Shown: positions 32,873-41,749 of the stretch, in pieces
Numbering within the stretch: position 1 is the first letter of the stretch
Layout of the letters: every line of letters begins with the position of its first letter
Origin: Candidatus Levybacteria bacterium GW2011_GWA1_37_16
Lineage (GTDB): Bacteria; Patescibacteriota; Microgenomatia; Levybacterales; UBA12049
Reading direction: 5' to 3'
Length of the DNA stretch: 64,000 nucleotides
Assembly: GCA_943357985.1 (NCBI GenBank)
Contig: CALRGR010000003.1
Coordinates: 6,496 to 70,495, forward strand
Made by a program: the position numbers and the translations under genes
Notes under the pieces: generated by a model
Databases searched by the model: none
What the model was told of the DNA's origin: nothing
What the model saw: the letters and a program-made list of their open reading frames with translations, nothing else

Positions 32873-34102
32873 GTGAAAAACTATTTTCCTACTCGCTTTC
32901 CTGCTTTTGCATCACGCGACTTCAGAATGTTCTATGTTTCTCAATTTGTATCAAACATTGGTTCTCAAATGCAGTTTGTTGCCATAAATTGGCACGTTTA
33001 CATCCTTACTCACTCCGCATTTGCGCTAGGGCTTGTAGGATTTTTGCGGTTTATGCCAATTCTAATTTTTTCTCTAATTGGAGGCTCTGTTGCAGATGCG
33101 CATAACAGGAAAAAGATCTTATTTCTAACCCAAAGCAGCCTTGCGACTTTATCTTTTATTCTTGCTTTCTTAACAATAACAGGAAATATTAGCGTTACTT
33201 CAATTTATGTAATCACGGTTCTTTTTGCCGTAGCGCTTTCCTTTGATATGCCTGCCCGTCAAGCATTCATACCCGCACTTGTTGACAGAAAACATCTCGC
33301 CAATGCAATGAGTCTAAATTCTATAATGTTTCAAACAGCAAGCATCTTGGGTCCGGCTATTTCTGGGTTTTTAATTGCCAAAACAGGTATGGGAACAATT
33401 TATAACTTAAATGCCCTTTCGTTTTTAACAGTAATAATAAGTCTTTTCTTTATAAATACATCAGGAGTTATACAAGGAATTCCAACAAAAATTTCCTTTT
33501 CTTCAATTATGGAAGGCCTTGCCTTCGTAAAATCAAGGACGATGATTTGGTCAACAATGCTTTTGGATTTCTTTAGCACTTTCTTCTCTTCCGCAACTGC
33601 TCTTATTCCTATTTTTGCAAAAGATATCTTAAGCGTAGGACCAGAAGGACTTGGGTTTTTATATGCAGCACCAGCAATAGGCGCCGTTTTGGCAGGACTT
33701 TTACTTGCGCATTTCCATACATTAAGAAAACAAGGACCCATACTTCTTTCTTCCGTTTTTCTTTATGGTCTTGGCACAATTTTGTTTGGATTTTCCCATA
33801 CATTCCTTTTATCCCTCGTGGCTCTTTCCATAGTAGGCGTAGGAGACGGAATAAGCACAATTATTAGAAATACTATCAGACAGCTGGAAACTCCTGACTA
33901 TATTAGAGGAAGGATGACATCAATAAATATGATTTTCTTTATGGGAGGACCTCAACTTGGAGATTTTGAAGCTGGAGCACTTGCCTCAAGAATTGGAGCA
34001 CCAATATCTGTTGTTGTTGGAGGAGTTGGAACATTAATTGTAGTCGGACTTATAACACTGGGAATTCCAACTCTTGCCCGCTACGACCACCACAAGAAAT
34101 GA
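32873..34102 (+). CDS. MFS transporter
   Basis: Twelve predicted TM helices and an MFS motif region (GGSVADAHNRKK). Confidence 0.75.
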   Translation: MKNYFPTRFPAFASRDFRMFYVSQFVSNIGSQMQFVAINWHVYILTHSAFALGLVGFLRFMPILIFSLIGGSVADAHNRKKILFLTQSSLATLSFILAFLTITGNISVTSIYVITVLFAVALSFDMPARQAFIPALVDRKHLANAMSLNSIMFQTASILGPAISGFLIAKTGMGTIYNLNALSFLTVIISLFFINTSGVIQGIPTKISFSSIMEGLAFVKSRTMIWSTMLLDFFSTFFSSATALIPIFAKDILSVGPEGLGFLYAAPAIGAVLAGLLLAHFHTLRKQGPILLSSVFLYGLGTILFGFSHTFLLSLVALSIVGVGDGISTIIRNTIRQLETPDYIRGRMTSINMIFFMGGPQLGDFEAGALASRIGAPISVVVGGVGTLIVVGLITLGIPTLARYDHHKK

Positions 34103-34103
34103 A

Positions 34104-35219
34104 TTAATTCCTTTGTCTTAGGAATGCTGGGATGTCAAAGACGTCTTCATCTTCATTTTCTTCTTGTCTTACCGGTTCTTCCTCAGAAACAGACTGCGAG
34201 GATTCTTCCGAAACCTGAGCGCTCACATTAACGCTAGGCGGCATAAAACTTCTAAGAGTTTGTCTTGCCTGGTCAAATCCGGTTGCCACAACTGTTATTT
34301 TTATCTGGTCATGCATATTCTCATCTATTGTTGCGCCAAAAATAATATTTGCATCAGGATCTGCAGCGCTTGAAATAATTTTTGCTGCCTCATCAACCTC
34401 ACTCATTGTGATATCTGGTCCGCCGGTAATATTAAATAGCACACCACGCGCTCCGTCCATAGATATTTCAAGAAGAGGTGATGCAATTGCGGTACGTGCT
34501 GCAGCCTGAGCTCTGTTTTCTCCGACTCCCGTACCTATTCCCATCAACGCACTTCCCGCATCTGTCATAATTGCCCTAACATCTGCAAAATCAACATTAA
34601 TAAGCCCCGGCATAGTAATTAAATCGGAGATTCCCTGAACACCCTGAGTCAAAACCGAGTCAGCAACCCTAAAAGCTTCAAGAAGAGAAAGCTTTCTATC
34701 AACTACGTCAAGAATTCTTTGGTTTGGAATAACAATAAGAGTATCAACTTTGTCTTTTAATTCTTCAAGACCGTCTTCTGCAGCAACCATCCTACGTGTT
34801 CCTTCAAAAGTAAAAGGTTTTGTAACAACTGCAATAGTAAGCGCTCCAACTTCTTTTGCAATCTTTGCAATTATAGGCGTTGCCCCTGTTCCAGTTCCTC
34901 CACCCATTCCTGCGGCCAAAAATACCATATCACTACCCTCCAGCATATTTTTTATTTTTTCGGCAGATTCTTCCGCCGCATTCTTTCCAATTTCAGGATC
35001 TCCTCCGGATCCTAAGCCTTTTGTTAAGTTTTCACCAATCTGAAGCTTAGTTGTTGCTTGGGAAGTAAGAAGAGCTTGAGCGTCTGTATTTACAGAAACA
35101 AAATCAACTCCCGAAATATTACCGCTTGCTATCATAGTACCAACTGCATTATTGCCGGCTCCGCCAATCCCGAAGACTCTTATTTTTGCGAAGTTTGTTG
35201 TTTGAGGTCTAATTAGCAT
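34104..35219 (-). CDS. ftsZ: Cell division GTPase FtsZ
   Basis: Tubulin signature GGGTGTG, N-terminal VFGIGGAGNNAV, and an acidic C-terminal tail. Confidence 0.95.
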   Translation of the reverse strand: MLIRPQTTNFAKIRVFGIGGAGNNAVGTMIASGNISGVDFVSVNTDAQALLTSQATTKLQIGENLTKGLGSGGDPEIGKNAAEESAEKIKNMLEGSDMVFLAAGMGGGTGTGATPIIAKIAKEVGALTIAVVTKPFTFEGTRRMVAAEDGLEELKDKVDTLIVIPNQRILDVVDRKLSLLEAFRVADSVLTQGVQGISDLITMPGLINVDFADVRAIMTDAGSALMGIGTGVGENRAQAAARTAIASPLLEISMDGARGVLFNITGGPDITMSEVDEAAKIISSAADPDANIIFGATIDENMHDQIKITVVATGFDQARQTLRSFMPPSVNVSAQVSEESSQSVSEEEPVRQEENEDEDVFDIPAFLRQRN

Positions 35220-35391
35220 GAGCTTTTAAAAGTAAGCAAATCCTAACAGATAGAATTTACTTTTGCAATACCCTAAGTGTCTGACTAGACGATAGAAAGT
35301 AGATAATAGAGAGTAGTGTTTTGAGAATAGAAGCTGGAAGCTATATTCTCTAACTTCTATTTTCCAAATTCTAATACTATCTTCAATCTTC

Positions 35392-35411
35392 CCTGCCTGC
35401 CGGCAGGCAGG
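35392..35411. repeat. Perfect 20-bp GC-rich palindrome (CCTGCCTGCC|GGCAGGCAGG) in the ftsA-ftsZ intergenic region
   Basis: Read directly from the sequence; it is strongly GC-rich within an AT-rich spacer. It would sit within the ftsA-ftsZ transcript on the minus strand. Confidence 0.6.
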
Positions 35412-35440
35412 TATCATCAACCGTCTACTATGCGAGCGAG

Positions 35441-36739
35441 CTAGGGTAAAAAGCTTTTGACGAGTTCTATCAGCTTTGAAAAATACTTTCCAAATTTAAT
35501 ATTCTTCATTACAGGAAAAGAAAAACCAAAAGGCAAAGAAGATGAAACCTCTAAAGTTGCTCCATACGCCACAAGTCCCACCGCAGTTGAAAAAGCAGGA
35601 TCTTGAATTTCATCTATTATTCCTTTTATATCCTGGGGTATTCCGATTCTAACCGGCATTGCCAAAACTCTTTTTGCAACATCTGCTACTCCAACTGTCT
35701 TTGCTCCTCCGCCTGTTACAACAAGTCCAGCTGGCGTTTGGCCGCCAAATTCACTTCTTTTAATTTCCATTCCCACCATTGCAAAAATTTCATTAATTCT
35801 TGGCCTTATTATTCCGTCAACCAAAGTTTTTTCGGATGCTTTACTAATGTCCTCCGGTAAATGTAATGAGCTTAAATTCAGTTCGTCCGATGGCTTTTTT
35901 TCTTTTGTATCCCCTTCTTCCTCATCGGCTTCAACTCTGAGCGCTTTTTTGGTATTAGAAAGAAAGAGCTTTATTTTTTCGGCAGATTCAAGTGAAATCC
36001 TAAGTCCAATTGCCAAGTCATTTGTAATATGACGGGCTCCGATTGCCAAGACGGATGAATAGGCAACAGACCCATCAATATAAATAGATATATCTGTGGT
36101 TCCGGCTCCAATATCAACCATTACCACTCCTAATTCTTTTTCTGTGTCGGATAAAACTGCAAGGCTTGAAGCATATCCGGAAGACACCATTCCTTCAACG
36201 TCAACGCCTACTTCGGAAAATGCCTTTTCCATATTCCTAAGCGCCATAGTGCTTGAGGAAATTATGTGAGTATCAACCTCAAGACGCACTCCAGTCATCC
36301 CAATTGGATCCTTAACTCCTTCGTGACCATCAACTATATAATTACGTGGCAAAATATGAATTATTTCACGGCTTGATGGAAGAGAGACTGCTTTCGCAGC
36401 ATCAATTACCCGCATTAAATCATTCTCGGTTATTTCTCCATGAGGCGCTGAAACTGCAACAACCCCACGGGAATTTTGCGACTCTATGTGCGCCCCACCA
36501 ACAGATGCAATAATCTTTGAAACGGAATATCCCGCCATTCTCTCTGCCGCTTCCAAGGAATTATTTATGGAAACAACTGCTTCTACTATATCTATTATTT
36601 GTCCTTTTTTAATGCCCGCAGAAGAAACCTCGGAAACACCAACAACATTGATACTTAAAGCCTCATCAATTCTGGCAATAAGAGTAACTATTTTGGAAGT
36701 ACCTATATCAATTCCAACAACTATTTTTCCTTCAGTCAT
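35441..36739 (-). CDS. ftsA: Cell division protein FtsA (actin-like ATPase)
   Basis: Sequence VGIDIGTSKI, the phosphate-2 motif DIGAGTTD, and position upstream of ftsZ. Confidence 0.9.
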   Translation of the reverse strand: MTEGKIVVGIDIGTSKIVTLIARIDEALSINVVGVSEVSSAGIKKGQIIDIVEAVVSINNSLEAAERMAGYSVSKIIASVGGAHIESQNSRGVVAVSAPHGEITENDLMRVIDAAKAVSLPSSREIIHILPRNYIVDGHEGVKDPIGMTGVRLEVDTHIISSSTMALRNMEKAFSEVGVDVEGMVSSGYASSLAVLSDTEKELGVVMVDIGAGTTDISIYIDGSVAYSSVLAIGARHITNDLAIGLRISLESAEKIKLFLSNTKKALRVEADEEEGDTKEKKPSDELNLSSLHLPEDISKASEKTLVDGIIRPRINEIFAMVGMEIKRSEFGGQTPAGLVVTGGGAKTVGVADVAKRVLAMPVRIGIPQDIKGIIDEIQDPAFSTAVGLVAYGATLEVSSSLPFGFSFPVMKNIKFGKYFSKLIELVKSFLP

Positions 36740-36744
36740 AGTTT

Positions 36745-37173
36745 TTAAAACGCAACCACGGGTTTATCAAACCTAAAATCCAGAGTCTTAAATCTCTTAC
36801 CCTCTATTGTAAGCCTAGAAAGTATAATTTGTAAAGAGCGCACCTGTGAAGAAATATCCTTTCCAGGAGAGATAACCACAATCCCTCCATCTTCAAGACT
36901 TACCATATATGAGGAATCAGTTGCCACTTCAATCTTTGATACGTTAATTTTTTCCTTTGCCAAAAGGCCTTTAATGTCCAAATCTTGACTTTTGACTCCT
37001 TTTGGAAGAGGACTAACTAAAGGATTTTTGAAAACATAAGGGGAAAAGAATATAAATACAGCCGTTAAAACAAGAGAAGATCCCAAAAGAACGAATATAA
37101 TTCCTAAGTATCTAAAATATTTTCTACTTTTTCTATTTTTTCTTTCGTGCAACATCTTCAACAACAGAGACAA
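36745..37173 (-). CDS. ftsQ: FtsQ/DivIB-like cell division protein (short; TM helix plus POTRA-like domain)
   Basis: N-terminal TM helix and a position between murG and ftsA. Confidence 0.5.
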   Translation of the reverse strand: MSLLLKMLHERKNRKSRKYFRYLGIIFVLLGSSLVLTAVFIFFSPYVFKNPLVSPLPKGVKSQDLDIKGLLAKEKINVSKIEVATDSSYMVSLEDGGIVVISPGKDISSQVRSLQIILSRLTIEGKRFKTLDFRFDKPVVAF

Positions 37174-38236
37174 TATGCGCTGCCGCTTTCTTTTCTATTA
37201 AATTTTCAGATTCAGGGCTTAGTCTGTATTTATCGATACTACTCATCATATAGTCTATTTTTGAGATAAAATTCTCAACAGACAACTCATCTTGCTCCAT
37301 TATCTCGCCCAGACCCAGTTCTTTTATAAAAAAAGCATTCTGATGTTGCTCTCCTTTTGCTGCAATAGGTAATGGAATCAAAAAGCACGGCTTTTTAAGA
37401 AAAATTAGCTCCGTTACAGTATTCATTCCCGCTCTGCCTACAACAAGTGTTGCTTTTTGAAGAACTATCCCTGCTTCTTTGCTTTCAATAAATTTTTCAA
37501 TCCTATATTTTTTTGCCAAATCCGCAGGTAGGGTTTTTTTTAGCTCCTGTAGTCTTTCAAAATCATTAAACTTTTTAGAATCTCCTGTTTGATGGATTAC
37601 GGAATATCTACCGAGCAATTTTTCAACCGATCTCTCAATTAAACTGTTTATGAAATGAGAACCCGTACTTCCTCCTGTTATGTAGATAATGGACTCGTCC
37701 GGTTTTTTGTCAGTATTTGCCGCCTCAATAATTTCTTTTCTCACAGGATTTCCTGTAACTATCACATTTTTGCCTGGAAAAAAGTCCTTGGAGCTATTCC
37801 AGGAAACGCAGATCATCTTGGCCCACATTGCAATTATTTTGTTGGAAACTCCAACTTGCAATGTCTGCTCATGAATGACAACCGGAATTTTCAAAAAATA
37901 TGCAGCAAGAGAAACAGGCAAAGATACATATCCACCAAATCCTAAAACCACATCCGGTCTTATTTTTCTAAGAATTGTTATGGATTTGCCAAAACCATAA
38001 GGAAGCTTTATTAATGAAGGGATTGTGCGGATCGTAAATTTCCTTTGAAACCTGCCACTTGGAAGATCTATGAATGGGATATTTAAAGATTTTATTGTTT
38101 GATATTCCAAAGTCGGGGACTTATCTCCCTCAAATGAAGATTTTCTGCCTATAAAGAAAACTTGTGAATCTTGCGGTAAAGCCTCTATCACACATTGAGC
38201 CGGAGAAAAATGACCACCTGTTATTACAAGTCTCAT
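37133..38236 (-). CDS. murG: Undecaprenyldiphospho-muramoylpentapeptide beta-N-acetylglucosaminyltransferase
   Basis: N-terminus MRLVITGGHFSPAQ, a GT-B fold, and GGS-G motifs. Confidence 0.85.
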   Translation of the reverse strand: MRLVITGGHFSPAQCVIEALPQDSQVFFIGRKSSFEGDKSPTLEYQTIKSLNIPFIDLPSGRFQRKFTIRTIPSLIKLPYGFGKSITILRKIRPDVVLGFGGYVSLPVSLAAYFLKIPVVIHEQTLQVGVSNKIIAMWAKMICVSWNSSKDFFPGKNVIVTGNPVRKEIIEAANTDKKPDESIIYITGGSTGSHFINSLIERSVEKLLGRYSVIHQTGDSKKFNDFERLQELKKTLPADLAKKYRIEKFIESKEAGIVLQKATLVVGRAGMNTVTELIFLKKPCFLIPLPIAAKGEQHQNAFFIKELGLGEIMEQDELSVENFISKIDYMMSSIDKYRLSPESENLIEKKAAAHIVSVVEDVARKKK

Positions 38237-38252
38237 ACTATGATTCTAGCAC

Positions 38253-39323
38253 CTAACTGTGGCTTTGTCTTGATATGTTTAATAAAATGCCAATAGCACA
38301 CAACTCTATGATAAGAGCCGAGCCTCCGTAAGATATGAAAGGAAGAGGAATTCCCGTAAGAGGAAGAAGCATGGTCTGCGCGCCAAGATTTATTATCATC
38401 TGGATTGCCAAAAAAGTTGTAATTCCTGCTGCTAAAAGCCTTCCAAAATTATCCGGCGCACGACTAGCAATTCTAAATCCTCTCCAAACAACGACTGCAA
38501 AAATACAAATAAGAATTGTTGCTCCAACAAATCCAAGCTCCTCCGCAATTATTGCAAATATAGAATCCGTTGTATTTTCCGGAAGATATGCATATTTTTG
38601 TAAAGAGTTTCCAAGACCCAAACCAAAAACTCCGCCATTTCCAAGTGAGATTAAAATCTGCTTTACGTGATAGGAAGAATTTTGAACATCTTGATTAGGA
38701 TTTAAGAAGGTTACCAACCTTTCAGCTCTATAAGGAGATGTTTTTATAAGTATTAGCCCCAAAGCTCCCAAAACAGGAATTAAAGAAAGAAGATAAAGCA
38801 TATTTCCTCCTGATAGAAAATATATCGCCATGGCTTCCCCCATTATTACAATTGCAGTTCCCATATCCGGCTGCATCATAATAAGTGCGACCAAAAGACC
38901 CATTAGAAGCACAAACGGGACAAATCTTCCCTTTTCTTTTCTTGAAAACCAAGCAGCCAAATATATAGCTAAAGATAGCTTTACAAATTCAGTCGGTTGC
39001 AGTAAGAATACTTTTAGATCAATCCATCGGCTTGCTCCAAGCAAATGAACACCAATCCCGGGTATAAAAACCATAATAAGAAGTACAATTGAAGTTATCA
39101 TCAAAGGTAATGAAAGATTATAAAATCTGTGATAGTCAAAAAATGAGAAAAACGTTAGAGCCCCAAATCCCAAAATGGCCCATAAAAACTGTCCTTTTAA
39201 ATAGTGATATTTATCCGCAAAATCTCTAAATGCAACAAAAGAAGATGCGTCATAAATCATAAGGAGACCAAAGAAAGTAAGAAATATGATGGAGAGTATT
39301 AAAGTAATGTCCAAACGCTTCAT
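38253..39323 (-). CDS. ftsW: SEDS-family peptidoglycan glycosyltransferase, likely FtsW
   Basis: Ten TM helices, PFISYGGS motif, and position between mraY and murG. Confidence 0.75.
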   Translation of the reverse strand: MKRLDITLILSIIFLTFFGLLMIYDASSFVAFRDFADKYHYLKGQFLWAILGFGALTFFSFFDYHRFYNLSLPLMITSIVLLIMVFIPGIGVHLLGASRWIDLKVFLLQPTEFVKLSLAIYLAAWFSRKEKGRFVPFVLLMGLLVALIMMQPDMGTAIVIMGEAMAIYFLSGGNMLYLLSLIPVLGALGLILIKTSPYRAERLVTFLNPNQDVQNSSYHVKQILISLGNGGVFGLGLGNSLQKYAYLPENTTDSIFAIIAEELGFVGATILICIFAVVVWRGFRIASRAPDNFGRLLAAGITTFLAIQMIINLGAQTMLLPLTGIPLPFISYGGSALIIELCAIGILLNISRQSHS

Positions 39324-39327
39324 GAGG

Positions 39328-40335
39328 TCATTTTATAAGAGCTATGTAAAGACCCATTATGGCAAATAAAAATCCCAAAAGCCAGGATCGCATGACAATC
39401 TTTGGCTCTTCCCAACCTCGTTTCTGAAGATAAAGATGAAGCGGTGCAACCGGAAAAATTTTTCGTCCTAGATATCTCTTTCCAAGAAGCTGAATTAAAG
39501 AAGAACCAACTTCTAAAATAAGAACTCCTCCAATAAATCCAATTGCTATTATTTTTCCTGTTAAAAGACCTATAACGGCAATGCTTGCTCCCAATGCAAG
39601 AGAACCTACATCCCCGAGCCAAATTCTTGCAGGATAAATATTAAAGTACAAAAATGCAGCAACGCTTCCCATAAGAATGGCTATAAAAATTCCGAGTGAT
39701 TTATCATATTGATTTGCGGAAATTGTTAAAAAAGCACCAAGCGCAATAAGCAGAAGACCACTTGCCTGTCCATCAAGACCGTCGGCAATATTAAAAGCGT
39801 TTGCAAAAGAAACAATAATAAAAGCGGCAAGAGGAATAAAGAAAATGCCAATAACTGCAAGCCCAAAGCCTTTTATAAAAATAAAATCATACCCAAGCTG
39901 GGAATAAAGAATAAAGGCAATAATAAAAGCCAAAATCCATTGAATCGCAAATTTATACCTAAATCTAAGACCAAAGAATCCTTCTTTTTTGTCGCTTAGT
40001 TTTTTAAAATCATCATATAAACCAAGAGCGCCAAAGCCTAAAAGAGTAAAGAGAACTACAAATATCTGCCAAAGATTAAAATCCACGTTTAAAAGACCGT
40101 AAGCCCAAAGAGTAAGTATAGAAACAACAATTATTATAAGAATTCCGCCTCCAAACGGAGTGCCTGTTTTCCAAGCATTAAATTTATCAAAATAGGGAGT
40201 TGGTTTATTAAAGAGGTCGCGGGTAACTTGCTTCTGACGCCTTAATTTTATTTTATATAAAAAATCAATAAACGGAATAAGCAAAATACCGGTTATAAAA
40301 GCAGACAAAAGTGTAAGTCCCAAAAATTGCGCCAT
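39328..40335 (-). CDS. mraY: Phospho-N-acetylmuramoyl-pentapeptide transferase
   Basis: Motifs NAFNIADGLDG and WLGDVGSLALG, with ten TM helices. Confidence 0.9.
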   Translation of the reverse strand: MAQFLGLTLLSAFITGILLIPFIDFLYKIKLRRQKQVTRDLFNKPTPYFDKFNAWKTGTPFGGGILIIIVVSILTLWAYGLLNVDFNLWQIFVVLFTLLGFGALGLYDDFKKLSDKKEGFFGLRFRYKFAIQWILAFIIAFILYSQLGYDFIFIKGFGLAVIGIFFIPLAAFIIVSFANAFNIADGLDGQASGLLLIALGAFLTISANQYDKSLGIFIAILMGSVAAFLYFNIYPARIWLGDVGSLALGASIAVIGLLTGKIIAIGFIGGVLILEVGSSLIQLLGKRYLGRKIFPVAPLHLYLQKRGWEEPKIVMRSWLLGFLFAIMGLYIALIK

Positions 40336-40498
40336 AAAAGGGTATTATACTCCTAAAGATGAGACTGCAGCAAGCTTACTTCTGCTTTTTTTGTTTCTTT
40401 TTCTCTTTCTTGGGTTTGGAAAACCTTTCAGCCATGTATTTATTTAATACCAATTTTGTCCTTATTGCAACAACCAAATTTATGCTATTATAGTTTCT

Positions 40499-41035
40499 AT
40501 GGAAGAGAAATGTCCAAAATGCGGTTCGGCCTTGTCTCCTATTACGGAGACAGCAACAGGCCGCAAGCTTCAAAGGTGCTCTAAGGGCTCTTGGAATCCC
40601 GAAACAAAACAGAATGAAGGCTGTGACTATGTATTATGGATTCAGGCAGAAGATGAAAAGCTAGATGAAAAATGCCCCAAGTGCGGAAATCCACTGGTCA
40701 TGGCGCAAACACGCTTTGGAAAGAAAATGAAAAAGTGTTCAACCAATGTCTGGAATAAAGATACAAAAAAAGCAGAGGGCTGTGACTTTATAGAATGGAT
40801 TAACGGCACAACAAAAGAACTTGATGAAGATTGTCCAGAATGCGGAAAGAAGCTTGTTCTTTATACAACCTCAACAGGAAAAAAGATGAAAAAGTGTTCA
40901 ACCAGTGGCTGGGACAGGGAAAAAAAGGTTACAACGGGCTGCACATATGTCCAATGGCTTAAACCAAGTGAGTATCAATCAAAAGACGAACCAAACGGAG
41001 AAGAGTTTTTACCCCCTGAATCCCAAGCAAACTAG
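40499..41035 (+). CDS. Stand-alone protein built from three tandem topoisomerase-type C4 zinc-ribbon modules
   Basis: Three ~58-aa repeats. Each carries CP(K/E)CG, about 15 intervening residues, then KC and GC (e.g. EKCPKCGNPLVMAQTRFGKKMKKCSTNVWNKDTKKAEGCDFIEW). This resembles the C-terminal zinc ribbons of topoisomerase I and YrdD-type proteins. Confidence 0.55.
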   Translation: MEEKCPKCGSALSPITETATGRKLQRCSKGSWNPETKQNEGCDYVLWIQAEDEKLDEKCPKCGNPLVMAQTRFGKKMKKCSTNVWNKDTKKAEGCDFIEWINGTTKELDEDCPECGKKLVLYTTSTGKKMKKCSTSGWDREKKVTTGCTYVQWLKPSEYQSKDEPNGEEFLPPESQAN

Positions 41036-41730
41036 AAAGGGATGTCTGAAGTTGTTGACTCGATACTTTCAAAGGATTTTCTATAAATGCAAAGCCTGCA
41101 CGTTTCAGACGGTTTTGGCAAATCACCATTTAGAACTTTAGAAATCTCATTAACGAATTTTAAAAATCCATCCATATCTTCCTCTATTGGATGCCATTTA
41201 GGAGATGTAGTAAATACAAATTTTCCGTCTTTATGCTCAATTGCGTCCGGTGAAACGCTAACTAGTCCGATTCTTGAAACTTTAATAGGCTTACCTTCTG
41301 CGGGATTTTCCAAAGCATATTTATAAGCATGCAGTTGACTTGAAAACTTTTTGATTTGCTCTTCATCTGGCTTTGTTATTTTAAAATCTATAACCGAGTA
41401 TGTACCATCTGCAAGTTTAGTTAAAACATCAAAACGTCCACTTATATAACAGTCTTCTGAGCCTTTTATTGGCTGGGATTTTAAAAACCCTTCCTGAATT
41501 TCAATTATTCCCTCTGGCAAATCCGGATGAATATCTTTTAAGCTTTTTCCCATAACAGAATTTTGTAAAAGACTATTCATGTGAGTAAAAATTGCAGGGA
41601 AAGCGCCGGAATGAGGAGGAATACCAAGTTTTACTTTTTGATAGAAACAAAACTTACAATCCTCCCAAAGATACTTGAAGTCGGAAGGGGATAATTTATA
41701 TTGCTTCTGTGCTTGCTCCATGAAAACCAA
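41032..41730 (-). CDS. Cas4/RecB-like PD-(D/E)XK nuclease with flanking Cys pairs
   Basis: Motif II GRFDVL, motif III IDFKITK (D-x-K), and a QLHAYKYAL (Q-x3-Y) motif. Cys pairs lie at the N-terminus (CKFC) and C-terminus (CRLC). No CRISPR array is present. Confidence 0.6.
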   Translation of the reverse strand: MVFMEQAQKQYKLSPSDFKYLWEDCKFCFYQKVKLGIPPHSGAFPAIFTHMNSLLQNSVMGKSLKDIHPDLPEGIIEIQEGFLKSQPIKGSEDCYISGRFDVLTKLADGTYSVIDFKITKPDEEQIKKFSSQLHAYKYALENPAEGKPIKVSRIGLVSVSPDAIEHKDGKFVFTTSPKWHPIEEDMDGFLKFVNEISKVLNGDLPKPSETCRLCIYRKSFESIESTTSDIPF

Positions 41731-41749
41731 TTATACCACTACTCTATCT

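Noticed and set aside
40376-40573. 65-aa minus-strand ORF ending in a lysine-rich tail (…KPKKEKKKQKKQK) upstream of mraY
   Set aside because: It overlaps the start of the zinc-ribbon gene on the other strand, and the composition is driven by an A-rich intergenic tract. A 19-aa leader peptide (MAERFSKPKKEKKKQKKQK) cannot be excluded, but it is unsupported.
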